Shown here one piece after another: positions 18,865-27,125 of a DNA stretch of 64,000 nt (the first letter of the stretch is position 1; each line of letters begins with the position of its first letter). The stretch spans positions 8,521 to 72,520 of the forward strand of contig DPKG01000014.1 of assembly GCA_003542615.1 (NCBI GenBank), given 5' to 3'. The translations under genes and the position numbers were made by a program. This stretch comes from Candidatus Shapirobacteria bacterium (GTDB lineage Bacteria; Patescibacteriota; Microgenomatia; UBA12405). The notes under the pieces were generated by a model. The model had not been told where the DNA came from and ran no database searches. It was given only the letters and a program-made list of their open reading frames with translations.

Positions 18865-21657
18865 TTAGGGTAAATTCCGTTCAATAAAATCCTGACTGAT
18901 CCAGCCTTCAACATTGATTCTGGTGAGAATCACTTTGACCCAACGTTTGGTCTCAACTAAAATTTCAGCCGTTTGATCTTGAGTTAGTTTGTGGGTGACA
19001 CTGGAATTAAAGGAAGGTTTGGAATAAAGATAGACAGTGTCGTAACTGGGAACACGGATATTAATTTTTGAAAGAGGGGCACTGGAGCTGGAGGGAGCGG
19101 GAGATTGAATTTCCTGGACCAGGAGGCTGAGTATCCAGCCCTGAGTTGAATCATAAGAAGTCTGTAGCCATTTTTCGCCTAAATCGTTGTATTTTTCGGA
19201 ATAAATAGGAATTTCTATGCCGGAGGGAATGGTGGTAATTAAAACGGAATTGCTGTCGGGTTGACTGCGAAGGTTGATTTTATTACCGTTGGTAGGGGCA
19301 ATAATGACTTTTTTAAGAATAGAAAGGGTGGGAGTCGGAGTTTGGGTGGGGGTAATTTGAGGAGTATTGGTGGGTTCTTGCGGGGGTTTTGTGGGAGATG
19401 GTTCGGTTTTCTGTGAAGGGGTGGGGGTAGCATCTGTAGTGGCAGAAAGGACAGAAGGGAGAATGGCAGATTTTTGGGGTCGGCTTTGAAAAATTTGGTA
19501 AGTAACAGAAGAAGATAAACCAAAAGAAAGCCCTACTATGGCGGCAATAGTAATTCCTCGATGAATTTTGGGAGAAGCACGGGGTTTGGTGGGAGGGGGA
19601 ATACCATTGTCTTGGGGTTGGCTTGGGGGAGCTTGAGAAGTGGAATAAACGGGAGGAGTAATGAGAGAAGGTGGGGTGGGTTTGGGGGGGGTGAGAGATC
19701 TAATGTAAATTGCCAGGAAAGCAAAGCCGGCCACAAGTACTATAATAATACCCCAAACCGATATGGCCTGAACTCCCCCGATGAAGCCGGAAAGGGTACC
19801 GATGGATCCGGCGGATGAAACTATGGTTTTTAGGCTCTCGAGATTGCGGTTGACTGAATCAAGTTCAATTTTGGTTTCATAATAGCCTATGATTTTGTCT
19901 TCCGGGAGTTTGGCTTGTTTTTGGAGAATTGTTATTTTGTCAAGGGAGGCAAGGATATTTGAGTGGAGGGTGGTACCTTGGGCAAAATATGAGGTATTTT
20001 TGAGGGGAGCAAAAAGTTCATCAGCCTGTTTTTTGAGGGAGTCAATTTTTTCTTGAGGAATAGTCCAAATATCTTCAACTTGAACTTCAAGAATGATGGT
20101 TCCTCCCGGTTTTAGGGTGATATCTGCAGAGGCATAATAGACAGATTTGGTGGCGTCAAATTTTATTTCTAATTCAGGAGATTTTTTAATAATATTTTCC
20201 TGTTTTACTTCTGAGGGGAAATAATAAAGATAAGGAACTGTTTGAGTGGAAGTTTTAGAAGGATTGGTAATTAAACTTTTGAAGATGATACTGCCTTCTT
20301 CAAGCCAGGAGGTGATGATGGGTTTACTGACAACTGTTTCGAGTAGGGTGCGGTTGGTACTAAGGAGTGCCTTCATAGCCAAAACCTGGTTCATAAGTTC
20401 AGAAAGATCGGTATTTTGGGTAATATTGTTGTTGGTAATGTTTTCGACATTGGAAACAGAGTTAATGGCAGCGATATCGGTAGAGAGATCTTTGACCTTG
20501 TCGTAAATATCGGTAGCAGAAAGACTCCCCCATTTTTCAAGTAAATCATTAAGGTCGAGAGTACTATTGTCGATGGCTTCGATGGCTTCTTTGACCTGTT
20601 GGATACGGCCAAAAATTGAAGCAGTGTTTGAGGTGTCGGAGGTAGAACCGATTGAATTTTCAATGGAGTCTACATAAGCCTTGAGAGTGATGATTTCATC
20701 GTAGGCGGTAGTTGATTTGCCATTGAAATTTAACTCGGAACGGAGGGCGGTAGCAGTGGTGTAAGCGCCATTGGCGGCATTGTAGATGGTAGAGGCAGAA
20801 TTGGTGCCCCATTTATCGATAAGACACTGGACCTGACCAAAAACAGAGTCGTCGGTGCAGGTTTGGGTATTGTTGCCTAATTCTGATTCAAGAGAGTCAA
20901 TATAATTTAAAATATCGGTAACACTATAAGTACTCCATTTGGCTAGAATATTGTCGGTGTTGGTCTGAATGGTGGTGACTGAAGTTTGGAGAGAATCGAC
21001 TTTGGAATCGATGGTGACGAGATCATTTTGAACTGAGGTAAGCTGAAGAGAGATATCGGAAAGACTGGTGCCGACGGAATTGACGGTGTCGGTGGTGGCA
21101 AGGGTGGCACCGTTGTCGAGAGTTGGAGAAGAGAGGGTTTTGGAGGTGTGTCCCCAGATATCACTAACCAAAGTACCAAATCCAGAGAGAGAACGATCAG
21201 AATAAGTCCAGATTTCCTGGACAATATTTCCAAAGGAACTGATAGTGCGGTTATCGTAACTCCAAACTGATTCGGCGGTATCTTGGGTAATAGTAAAGCT
21301 TTTGTCCAGACACATATAGCCATCAATGGTAGTACAACAAATTTGGCTACGGTATAAACCAAGTGGTTGACCGGAGGTGCCGATATCGTAGGAATACCAA
21401 CCGTCAGCGGAGGGGGGAAGTGTAGCGGAATTAATAAATACGGTACCATCCGGATAACGAGCGGTAAGAGTACAGTCAGCATCGGCTACGGGAACATATT
21501 CATCGTTGAAAAGAAATTCACCAACGATACAATCAGCAGTATTGGTACATTGCTGATATTCTCCGGGGGCGGCAGATACGGGAAAGGCCGGGACCAAAAA
21601 AAAGATCCCGGCTAAAAGAATTTTTAGCCATTTGCAATATTTTGTTACCGTCTTCAT
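18865..21657 (-). CDS. Large surface protein: signal peptide, Cys-containing head, VW/IW repeats, coiled coil, 2 TM, Pro/Thr linkers, two SH3b-like domains
   Basis: N-terminal signal VSAA; INLRSQP...W..GWI and VYLYSKP...W..GWI SH3 patterns. Confidence 0.8.
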   Translation of the reverse strand: MKTVTKYCKWLKILLAGIFFLVPAFPVSAAPGEYQQCTNTADCIVGEFLFNDEYVPVADADCTLTARYPDGTVFINSATLPPSADGWYSYDIGTSGQPLGLYRSQICCTTIDGYMCLDKSFTITQDTAESVWSYDNRTISSFGNIVQEIWTYSDRSLSGFGTLVSDIWGHTSKTLSSPTLDNGATLATTDTVNSVGTSLSDISLQLTSVQNDLVTIDSKVDSLQTSVTTIQTNTDNILAKWSTYSVTDILNYIDSLESELGNNTQTCTDDSVFGQVQCLIDKWGTNSASTIYNAANGAYTTATALRSELNFNGKSTTAYDEIITLKAYVDSIENSIGSTSDTSNTASIFGRIQQVKEAIEAIDNSTLDLNDLLEKWGSLSATDIYDKVKDLSTDIAAINSVSNVENITNNNITQNTDLSELMNQVLAMKALLSTNRTLLETVVSKPIITSWLEEGSIIFKSLITNPSKTSTQTVPYLYYFPSEVKQENIIKKSPELEIKFDATKSVYYASADITLKPGGTIILEVQVEDIWTIPQEKIDSLKKQADELFAPLKNTSYFAQGTTLHSNILASLDKITILQKQAKLPEDKIIGYYETKIELDSVNRNLESLKTIVSSAGSIGTLSGFIGGVQAISVWGIIIVLVAGFAFLAIYIRSLTPPKPTPPSLITPPVYSTSQAPPSQPQDNGIPPPTKPRASPKIHRGITIAAIVGLSFGLSSSVTYQIFQSRPQKSAILPSVLSATTDATPTPSQKTEPSPTKPPQEPTNTPQITPTQTPTPTLSILKKVIIAPTNGNKINLRSQPDSNSVLITTIPSGIEIPIYSEKYNDLGEKWLQTSYDSTQGWILSLLVQEIQSPAPSSSSAPLSKINIRVPSYDTVYLYSKPSFNSSVTHKLTQDQTAEILVETKRWVKVILTRINVEGWISQDFIERNLP

Positions 21658-21755
21658 TACTTTTTAATAGTGATACTACTAACATGATAGCGTAATTTTA
21701 GAGACAGGTGAAATAGCTAAAAATCGTTGTTAATATATCAAAATATAGAAGACGC

Positions 21756-21786
21756 AAAAAAAGGGAATCGATGATTCCCTTTTTTT
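21756..21786. terminator. Intrinsic terminator downstream of the tat cluster
   Basis: Perfect 14-bp inverted repeat AAAAAAAGGGAATC-GAT-GATTCCCTTTTTTT. Confidence 0.85.
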
Positions 21787-21810
21787 AAATAAATACCTAT
21801 GAAATAAGGT

Positions 21811-21969
21811 TTATTTTTTATTTTCTTCTTTGCCGGAAAAAGCTTTACGGAATTCTTTAATGGCATCACCAATTCCACGACCTAATTCAGGTAATTTTTT
21901 ACCGCCGAAAAGGAAGAGCAAGACGACGGCAATGATTATGAGCTCAGTTGAGCCAATATTTCTAAACAT
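21811..21969 (-). CDS. tatA: TatA/E family translocase subunit (copy 5, 52 aa)
   Basis: MFRNIGSTELIIIAVVLLFLFGGKKLPELGRGIGDAIKEFRKAFSGKEENKK; AGGAGG RBS. Confidence 0.93.
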   Translation of the reverse strand: MFRNIGSTELIIIAVVLLFLFGGKKLPELGRGIGDAIKEFRKAFSGKEENKK

Positions 21970-22011
21970 TGGTGCCTCCTAGTTAATTAATAAAGAGTTT
22001 GATAGTGTTTG

Positions 22012-22146
22012 TTAGCTTTTTAGAGACTTTTTGATCTCTTTGATGGCTTCAGCAATACCCTTTGAAAGTTCCGGCAACTTACTTCCACCGAAAAGGAAGA
22101 GGAGTATAACTCCAGCTAGTATTAATTCGGGTGTTCCTATATTCAT
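22012..22146 (-). CDS. tatA: TatA/E family translocase subunit (copy 4, 44 aa)
   Basis: MNIGTPELILAGVILLFLFGGSKLPELSKGIAEAIKEIKKSLKS; AAGGAGG RBS. Confidence 0.9.
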   Translation of the reverse strand: MNIGTPELILAGVILLFLFGGSKLPELSKGIAEAIKEIKKSLKS

Positions 22147-22164
22147 AATTGTTGTTTTGCCTCC

Positions 22165-22896
22165 TTAACTTATCTTAATTGAGTTTTTTAGATTTGCAAT
22201 AGGATAAAGACTTTTTTGAGGATTAAAAAGTAAGGTCCCTTCAAACAATAAAGCCAAGGGAACAAAGATTAGAGACATGGATAAAATATCGGTGGGAGGT
22301 AAAAGAATATCAAAAATTAAAAGACCGGCATATACGTATTTACGTTGAGCAGTGAGAATATTTCTGTCAATAACACCGAGACGAAGTAAAATTGTTAAAA
22401 AGATGGGAAGTTCGAAAACAATTGCCATACAGGTACCCATGACTACAACCTGGGTCAAAAAAGCTTCAATGTCCCAAAAATTACCGATATTAAATTTCTG
22501 ACTGGTATTGACGTAGATGTCGATGACAAACTGGAGGATACGAACACCAAAAATAAAACCGGCAATAAAAAGAATTATACTGATAGGTAGAAGTTTGGTA
22601 ATAAGACGAAATTCATGAGGACGAAGAGCGGGTTTGATAAATCCCAGAAGTTCATAAATTAAAAGCGGTCCGGCAAAAATAATGCCGGAAAGAATACTAA
22701 TGCTAATAGCCAGATTGATGAATTGGTAGGGCGAAACCAGGACGATATTAATATTTTCGAGGTTAAAAATAGAAATAAGACTTGTGATTATCCAACGATT
22801 TTTGACAGCACCAAAAATAACACCAATAACAAAGGCAAGAGCGACCTTAAAAACTTTTGACCGGATCTCGTTTAGATAATGGTCGAATTGGGGCAC
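22165..22896 (-). CDS. tatC: Twin-arginine translocase subunit TatC
   Basis: HL.EIR, YE...FI.PAL...E, FELP and PPTD motifs; 6 TM. Confidence 0.93.
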   Translation of the reverse strand: MPQFDHYLNEIRSKVFKVALAFVIGVIFGAVKNRWIITSLISIFNLENINIVLVSPYQFINLAISISILSGIIFAGPLLIYELLGFIKPALRPHEFRLITKLLPISIILFIAGFIFGVRILQFVIDIYVNTSQKFNIGNFWDIEAFLTQVVVMGTCMAIVFELPIFLTILLRLGVIDRNILTAQRKYVYAGLLIFDILLPPTDILSMSLIFVPLALLFEGTLLFNPQKSLYPIANLKNSIKIS

Positions 22897-22898
22897 AT

Positions 22899-23054
22899 TT
22901 ATTTCTTGTTACCCTGATCTTCGAAGCCTTTACGAAATTCTTTGACTGCGTCACCAATTCCACGGCTTAATTCGGGTAATTTTTTACCGCCGAAAAGAAG
23001 GAGCAGGATAAGACCTAATATGATTAATTCTGTGGTTCCGATGTTGCTGAACAT
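22899..23054 (-). CDS. tatA: TatA/E family translocase subunit (copy 3, 51 aa)
   Basis: MFSNIGTTELIILGLILLLLFGGKKLPELSRGIGDAVKEFRKGFEDQGNKK. Confidence 0.93.
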   Translation of the reverse strand: MFSNIGTTELIILGLILLLLFGGKKLPELSRGIGDAVKEFRKGFEDQGNKK

Positions 23055-23070
23055 AAATTTGAATTAAATT

Positions 23071-23205
23071 TTAATTTTTGAGAGCTTTTTTAAATTCTTT
23101 TATGGATTGAACAATGCCACGGGTAAGTTCAGGAAGTTTTCGGTCGCCGAAAAGGATGAGTAAGATTATACCTAATAAAATTAATTCGTTGGTACCGATT
23201 CTCAT
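23071..23205 (-). CDS. tatA: TatA/E family translocase subunit (copy 2, 44 aa)
   Basis: MRIGTNELILLGIILLILFGDRKLPELTRGIVQSIKEFKKALKN; ATGA overlap with copy 1. Confidence 0.88.
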   Translation of the reverse strand: MRIGTNELILLGIILLILFGDRKLPELTRGIVQSIKEFKKALKN

Positions 23206-23384
23206 GATTCGTCCTCTTTGTTGATGTCTTTTTTAACGTCTTTAAGTTCTTTATTGATGTTTTTGAGTTCTTTTCCGGCTTGACCGGCACCTTTGGCTAA
23301 TTCACTGACTTTTTTACCACCAAAAAGAAGAAGTAAAATAAGGAGAAAAATAAGAATTTCGGTAAGGCCAATATTATTGAACAT
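23202..23384 (-). CDS. tatA: TatA/B family translocase subunit (copy 1, 60 aa)
   Basis: MFNNIGLTEILIFLLILLLLFGGKKVSELAKGAGQAGKELK...; start at ATG 23384. Confidence 0.88.
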   Translation of the reverse strand: MFNNIGLTEILIFLLILLLLFGGKKVSELAKGAGQAGKELKNINKELKDVKKDINKEDES

Positions 23385-23428
23385 ATAAGGAATCTTAAAT
23401 ATAAAACGACAAAAGTTCAAGTAGCAAA

Positions 23429-23938
23429 TTATTTGAGGGAAGCCAGGGTGGCTTTGGATTTGGTGTCTTTGAGAGTTTTACCGGTGCTTCCAGGAATAGT
23501 ATGTGAACTGACGAGCTCATCCCAGACTGCGTCGGCAATGGCATTGATATCTTCGACAGTGACAGTTGAAGTTGCGGCTACCAAACCAGCAGAATTTGAT
23601 GATCTGACTGAAACTTGGTTGACGTTGGTACGGTCACTGACGTTACTGTTGGCGTTGACAAGATTAACGGCATACTGACCATCTTCAAAGGTAATAGTAT
23701 AGGGTGGTAATATCTCGATAACTCGGGCAAAAGTAAGACTTCCTAGGGTGACTTCAGTGTTGTGGTTGTGGGTCTTTAACAAGTAGATTCCATACACGGC
23801 GGCTTCGTAGGCTTTTAAGGCTAATCTAAACCAATTAAGGTCCAGTTCTCTGATTTCCGTGGGAATACTTTGAATTAAAGTCATGTCTTCCCTAGGGATG
23901 AGAATGACAAAGGTAAGGGGGTCTATAGAAATGGCCAT
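23429..23938 (-). CDS. Phage-structural-like protein
   Basis: Beta-rich, no signal peptide; C-terminal IADAVWDE....H..PGSTGK.L motif of a kind seen in virion fibre proteins. Confidence 0.55.
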   Translation of the reverse strand: MAISIDPLTFVILIPREDMTLIQSIPTEIRELDLNWFRLALKAYEAAVYGIYLLKTHNHNTEVTLGSLTFARVIEILPPYTITFEDGQYAVNLVNANSNVSDRTNVNQVSVRSSNSAGLVAATSTVTVEDINAIADAVWDELVSSHTIPGSTGKTLKDTKSKATLASLK

Positions 23939-24162
23939 TAGCTACCTCCAGCATAGACTCGAGTTTGGATAGCAACTAACTGTTTATTGATGTTTTCAAA
24001 CTTAGAGTCGTACTGTCTGATAATACCATCCAAATCTTTGACTTGCTTTTGTAATTTCTTGACTAATTCTTCGGTTAATTGGTTGTAGACAATAATTGCC
24101 TTGATATTGTTGATGGTGTTTTTTTCAAAAATCTCTCGTAGTTGTTGTTCGCCGGCATCCAT
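23938..24162 (-). CDS. Small coiled-coil protein A
   Basis: Heptad pattern; ends VYAGGS; resembles 26913-27125. Confidence 0.7.
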   Translation of the reverse strand: MDAGEQQLREIFEKNTINNIKAIIVYNQLTEELVKKLQKQVKDLDGIIRQYDSKFENINKQLVAIQTRVYAGGS

Positions 24163-24220
24163 ATTTGTATTCTAATGATACGACAAGTGACTGATATGTT
24201 CAATGATCGGAGAATTATTC

Positions 24221-24514
24221 TTACTTCTTAAAAAAACTTTTCTTGGTTTTTGGGGTTTCAGATTCATCGCTTTCATCAACGGCTGATTCGTTATCTTTGG
24301 TTGGATTTTCCATATATTTTTCAATTTCTTTGCGGATTTGATAAGGATCATATCCCGATGTCAGGTACAAATGATATCTATTTTCAAAAAATATAACAAC
24401 ATTTTTCTGAAGTGATTTTTCTTGAGCTTCCTCTTTGATTTTGAGTGCTTCACTGCGGGATTTGACCTTAGTGAATACTATGTGTTTATTTAAATCTTCA
24501 AATGTTTGTGGCAT
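24221..24514 (-). CDS. Hypothetical protein
   Basis: ORF co-oriented within the operon. Confidence 0.6.
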   Translation of the reverse strand: MPQTFEDLNKHIVFTKVKSRSEALKIKEEAQEKSLQKNVVIFFENRYHLYLTSGYDPYQIRKEIEKYMENPTKDNESAVDESDESETPKTKKSFFKK

Positions 24515-24534
24515 AAATACTTTTAATTAATATT

Positions 24535-26304
24535 TTAGGTATCACTTGTACGGATGGCGGTAGCGGTGTTGTTGGAGTTAGTTTGTGACCAGGGAGCGAT
24601 ATATTGTTTGATGGGGGTATTGTTAACTTCACCTCCATCTCTAACTATAATAACTAAGCTTAAAGCAGTAACATCGCTATGAACACTAGTAAAAGAGAGG
24701 GAGCCCGGCGCACCGGCCAGGTCATCTATATAGGAAATATAAACACCATTGCTGATACTGGCATTAACTGTTAAAAAATCTGCTACATTAGGGACGTCAG
24801 CTTCGGAAGCTGCTGGGTCAATAGTAAATGTTTTACTAGTCGTATTAACAGCAGTATATATTAGTCGTCTTTCAAAGCCATCATTGTCGATAACCCTAAT
24901 AGTTCCACTTGCCGGAGTATAGTCGGGGACAGCATTGACTACGACTGAAGTAATATTGTCAGCAGCTAAAGCAGTAGAAAGTGTCATTTGGGTCTTGTTG
25001 ATGGCCGGATCGTTATTGCTATCGACACCAAAACGAGGGGCAACTAATACCCGATCTTCGCCATCTACCAGGCCAGCCAAGGTGTTGGTAACATAGTTTG
25101 GCGGAGATTTTGGAGCATCACCTTCCAAATCGGAAAGAGAATCGCTTGATGATAAATCGGTTGGTTCAATACCTAATCCATAAGCACCGATGATAGCTGA
25201 ACCGGTAGAAGCACCACAGAAAGGTTTAGAAACGGTACGCTCAAGGTAAGACGTTACCGAGGCCACTCCGGTGGCACCAGTGATAGAACCGTTGGGGGCA
25301 GCTCCAGTTAGAAGCTGAATATATAAATGGGTGGCTGATGTAGTGCTATTGGCGGCGAAAAGCTGACCAGTGCCAAGGGTAGCGCCAGCACCCCAAGTTA
25401 ATAACTCAGGTTCGACAAAAGTTCCAGTTGATTGGACGACTGTTATGTCGTGGGTGATGCCACGGAATAATTCACCGCTGATACCATATAAAGTAGTTGC
25501 AGATGAACCATCACGGGAAAGATATTTAGTGTATTCATAGAAATCGTTGATGGTAGTATGGGTACCGGAAATGTTCCAATCGGAATAATAATGTTCATCC
25601 TCAAGATTGTTGTCTATGTCCAATGCAGCGTAACCTTCGGTATTAGTGTAGTCAGTACTCCAACCGGAGACCGTGCCGGAATCCGTTTGGTTGTTAAGGT
25701 CGGTGGAATCAGTCAAAGCCAAAACGTTGTTACCCCGGGCGGTAGCATTGATGGTAAACTCCGAGTAAGTATAGCCGAAACGGCGGCAGGTACCGATAAG
25801 TTTTCTGCCATCAATGGGGTTTCCGCCGGATACGGTTTTGATCATAAAACGGTGAGAGATACCGGAGGTGGCGTCGGCATTTAGACCAGCATTGTTATAA
25901 TTCCAGAAACTTAAGGCACTGCTTATAACAGCGCCATTTTGGATGATTCTGATTTGGACGTCAGCATTACCGAAGTTAACGATACCGTCGTAGATGTCGT
26001 CACCATCATTTTGGATGATAGAACCATCGTATAGATGTTCGGCGGCGGTGGCATCGATATTGTAATTATTTATTAGGGTAATAATGTTATCGGTGGACCT
26101 GGCAGAAGGATTAAGACTGGTAATATCGAGTTCGTCGTCTCCAGCAGCAACAGCATCGTCGGCTAACCCCTGGAGCCAACGGTGAAATTCAATGACAGTA
26201 GCATAAGACGGAGTACCACCGGTGCCGTCGTGATCGCCACCGACATATCTAATATCGTTGGCTACTCCACGGGTAATTGTCCAGTCAGTTGCAACTAGTG
26301 CCAT
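24535..26304 (-). CDS. Phage-structural-like protein (589 aa), paralog of 27118-29046
   Basis: T/G/S/D-rich, no signal; shares STDLNN.TD, FYEYTKY..R and HLY.G blocks with the 642-aa protein. Confidence 0.65.
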   Translation of the reverse strand: MALVATDWTITRGVANDIRYVGGDHDGTGGTPSYATVIEFHRWLQGLADDAVAAGDDELDITSLNPSARSTDNIITLINNYNIDATAAEHLYDGSIIQNDGDDIYDGIVNFGNADVQIRIIQNGAVISSALSFWNYNNAGLNADATSGISHRFMIKTVSGGNPIDGRKLIGTCRRFGYTYSEFTINATARGNNVLALTDSTDLNNQTDSGTVSGWSTDYTNTEGYAALDIDNNLEDEHYYSDWNISGTHTTINDFYEYTKYLSRDGSSATTLYGISGELFRGITHDITVVQSTGTFVEPELLTWGAGATLGTGQLFAANSTTSATHLYIQLLTGAAPNGSITGATGVASVTSYLERTVSKPFCGASTGSAIIGAYGLGIEPTDLSSSDSLSDLEGDAPKSPPNYVTNTLAGLVDGEDRVLVAPRFGVDSNNDPAINKTQMTLSTALAADNITSVVVNAVPDYTPASGTIRVIDNDGFERRLIYTAVNTTSKTFTIDPAASEADVPNVADFLTVNASISNGVYISYIDDLAGAPGSLSFTSVHSDVTALSLVIIVRDGGEVNNTPIKQYIAPWSQTNSNNTATAIRTSDT

Positions 26305-26403
26305 ATTATTTTAAAAATTATTTTAGAGGTAAATTTATAAATTAGTTAATGAAGTTATATTGTTTATAGCTTTTTAAAATTTGGATGTCAATGACAGGTT
26401 ACC

Positions 26404-26916
26404 CTAAGCCTTTTTGAAGCGGTCGGAAATGTAGAAATTGGTAATATTGTCGCTTTTTCCATCAATAAAATCGTTTAGAGTTTTTTGTCCTAAAGCTATA
26501 ATTTCTTGAAGATTGCTGTTGGTATTGTTGGTAGAAATATAGTTTAAAAATTCACTAAAGGTGACATCGGGAACAGCGGCCATTAAGCTGATAAAACTAT
26601 TAAAAACAGAATCCTTGGAGGCTTCAAATTTGACAAAATCTTGATTGACCAAATCACCGACCTTGGTATCTTTGTCTAAAGTTTTTAAAATATCCATTAA
26701 AACCAAAGATTTAACCAATAAAAAGTTTAGATTCATTAAAATATTACAAGTGGCTAATTGTTTTTTGGTGTAAAGTTTTGGTTTATTGTCAGTATCGGTC
26801 CAATAACTTAGTTTTTGAGGAGAATTGTTACTCCCCTTTTTAAGCATGGTATTGGGAGGTCTTACCCAGTTTCGATTCTTTTGGAGAATTTTTGATTTTT
26901 TGGAAGGATTAATCAT
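26404..26916 (-). CDS. Hypothetical helical protein
   Basis: ORF coupled to the upstream small coiled-coil gene by an ATGA overlap. Confidence 0.6.
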   Translation of the reverse strand: MINPSKKSKILQKNRNWVRPPNTMLKKGSNNSPQKLSYWTDTDNKPKLYTKKQLATCNILMNLNFLLVKSLVLMDILKTLDKDTKVGDLVNQDFVKFEASKDSVFNSFISLMAAVPDVTFSEFLNYISTNNTNSNLQEIIALGQKTLNDFIDGKSDNITNFYISDRFKKA

Positions 26917-27125
26917 CTTTGGGAGCCTTTGGAATAAATTAAGGCTAACATTTCAAGCATTTGTTTTTGTAATTTGGCAAATTTGTGTTGATAATTATTA
27001 ATTATATCCTGTTTGTTTAGAATATCTTTCTCCAGATGTCGAAGAAGTTTTCGGATTCGTTTGGCTTTTAAAACAGCTTCTTGGAGTTTTTGGGAGGAGG
27101 AATTTTCAAATTCTTCTCTATTCAT
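26913..27125 (-). CDS. Small coiled-coil protein B
   Basis: Heptad pattern; ends IYSKGSQR; overlaps the end of the 642-aa gene. Confidence 0.65.
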   Translation of the reverse strand: MNREEFENSSSQKLQEAVLKAKRIRKLLRHLEKDILNKQDIINNYQHKFAKLQKQMLEMLALIYSKGSQR

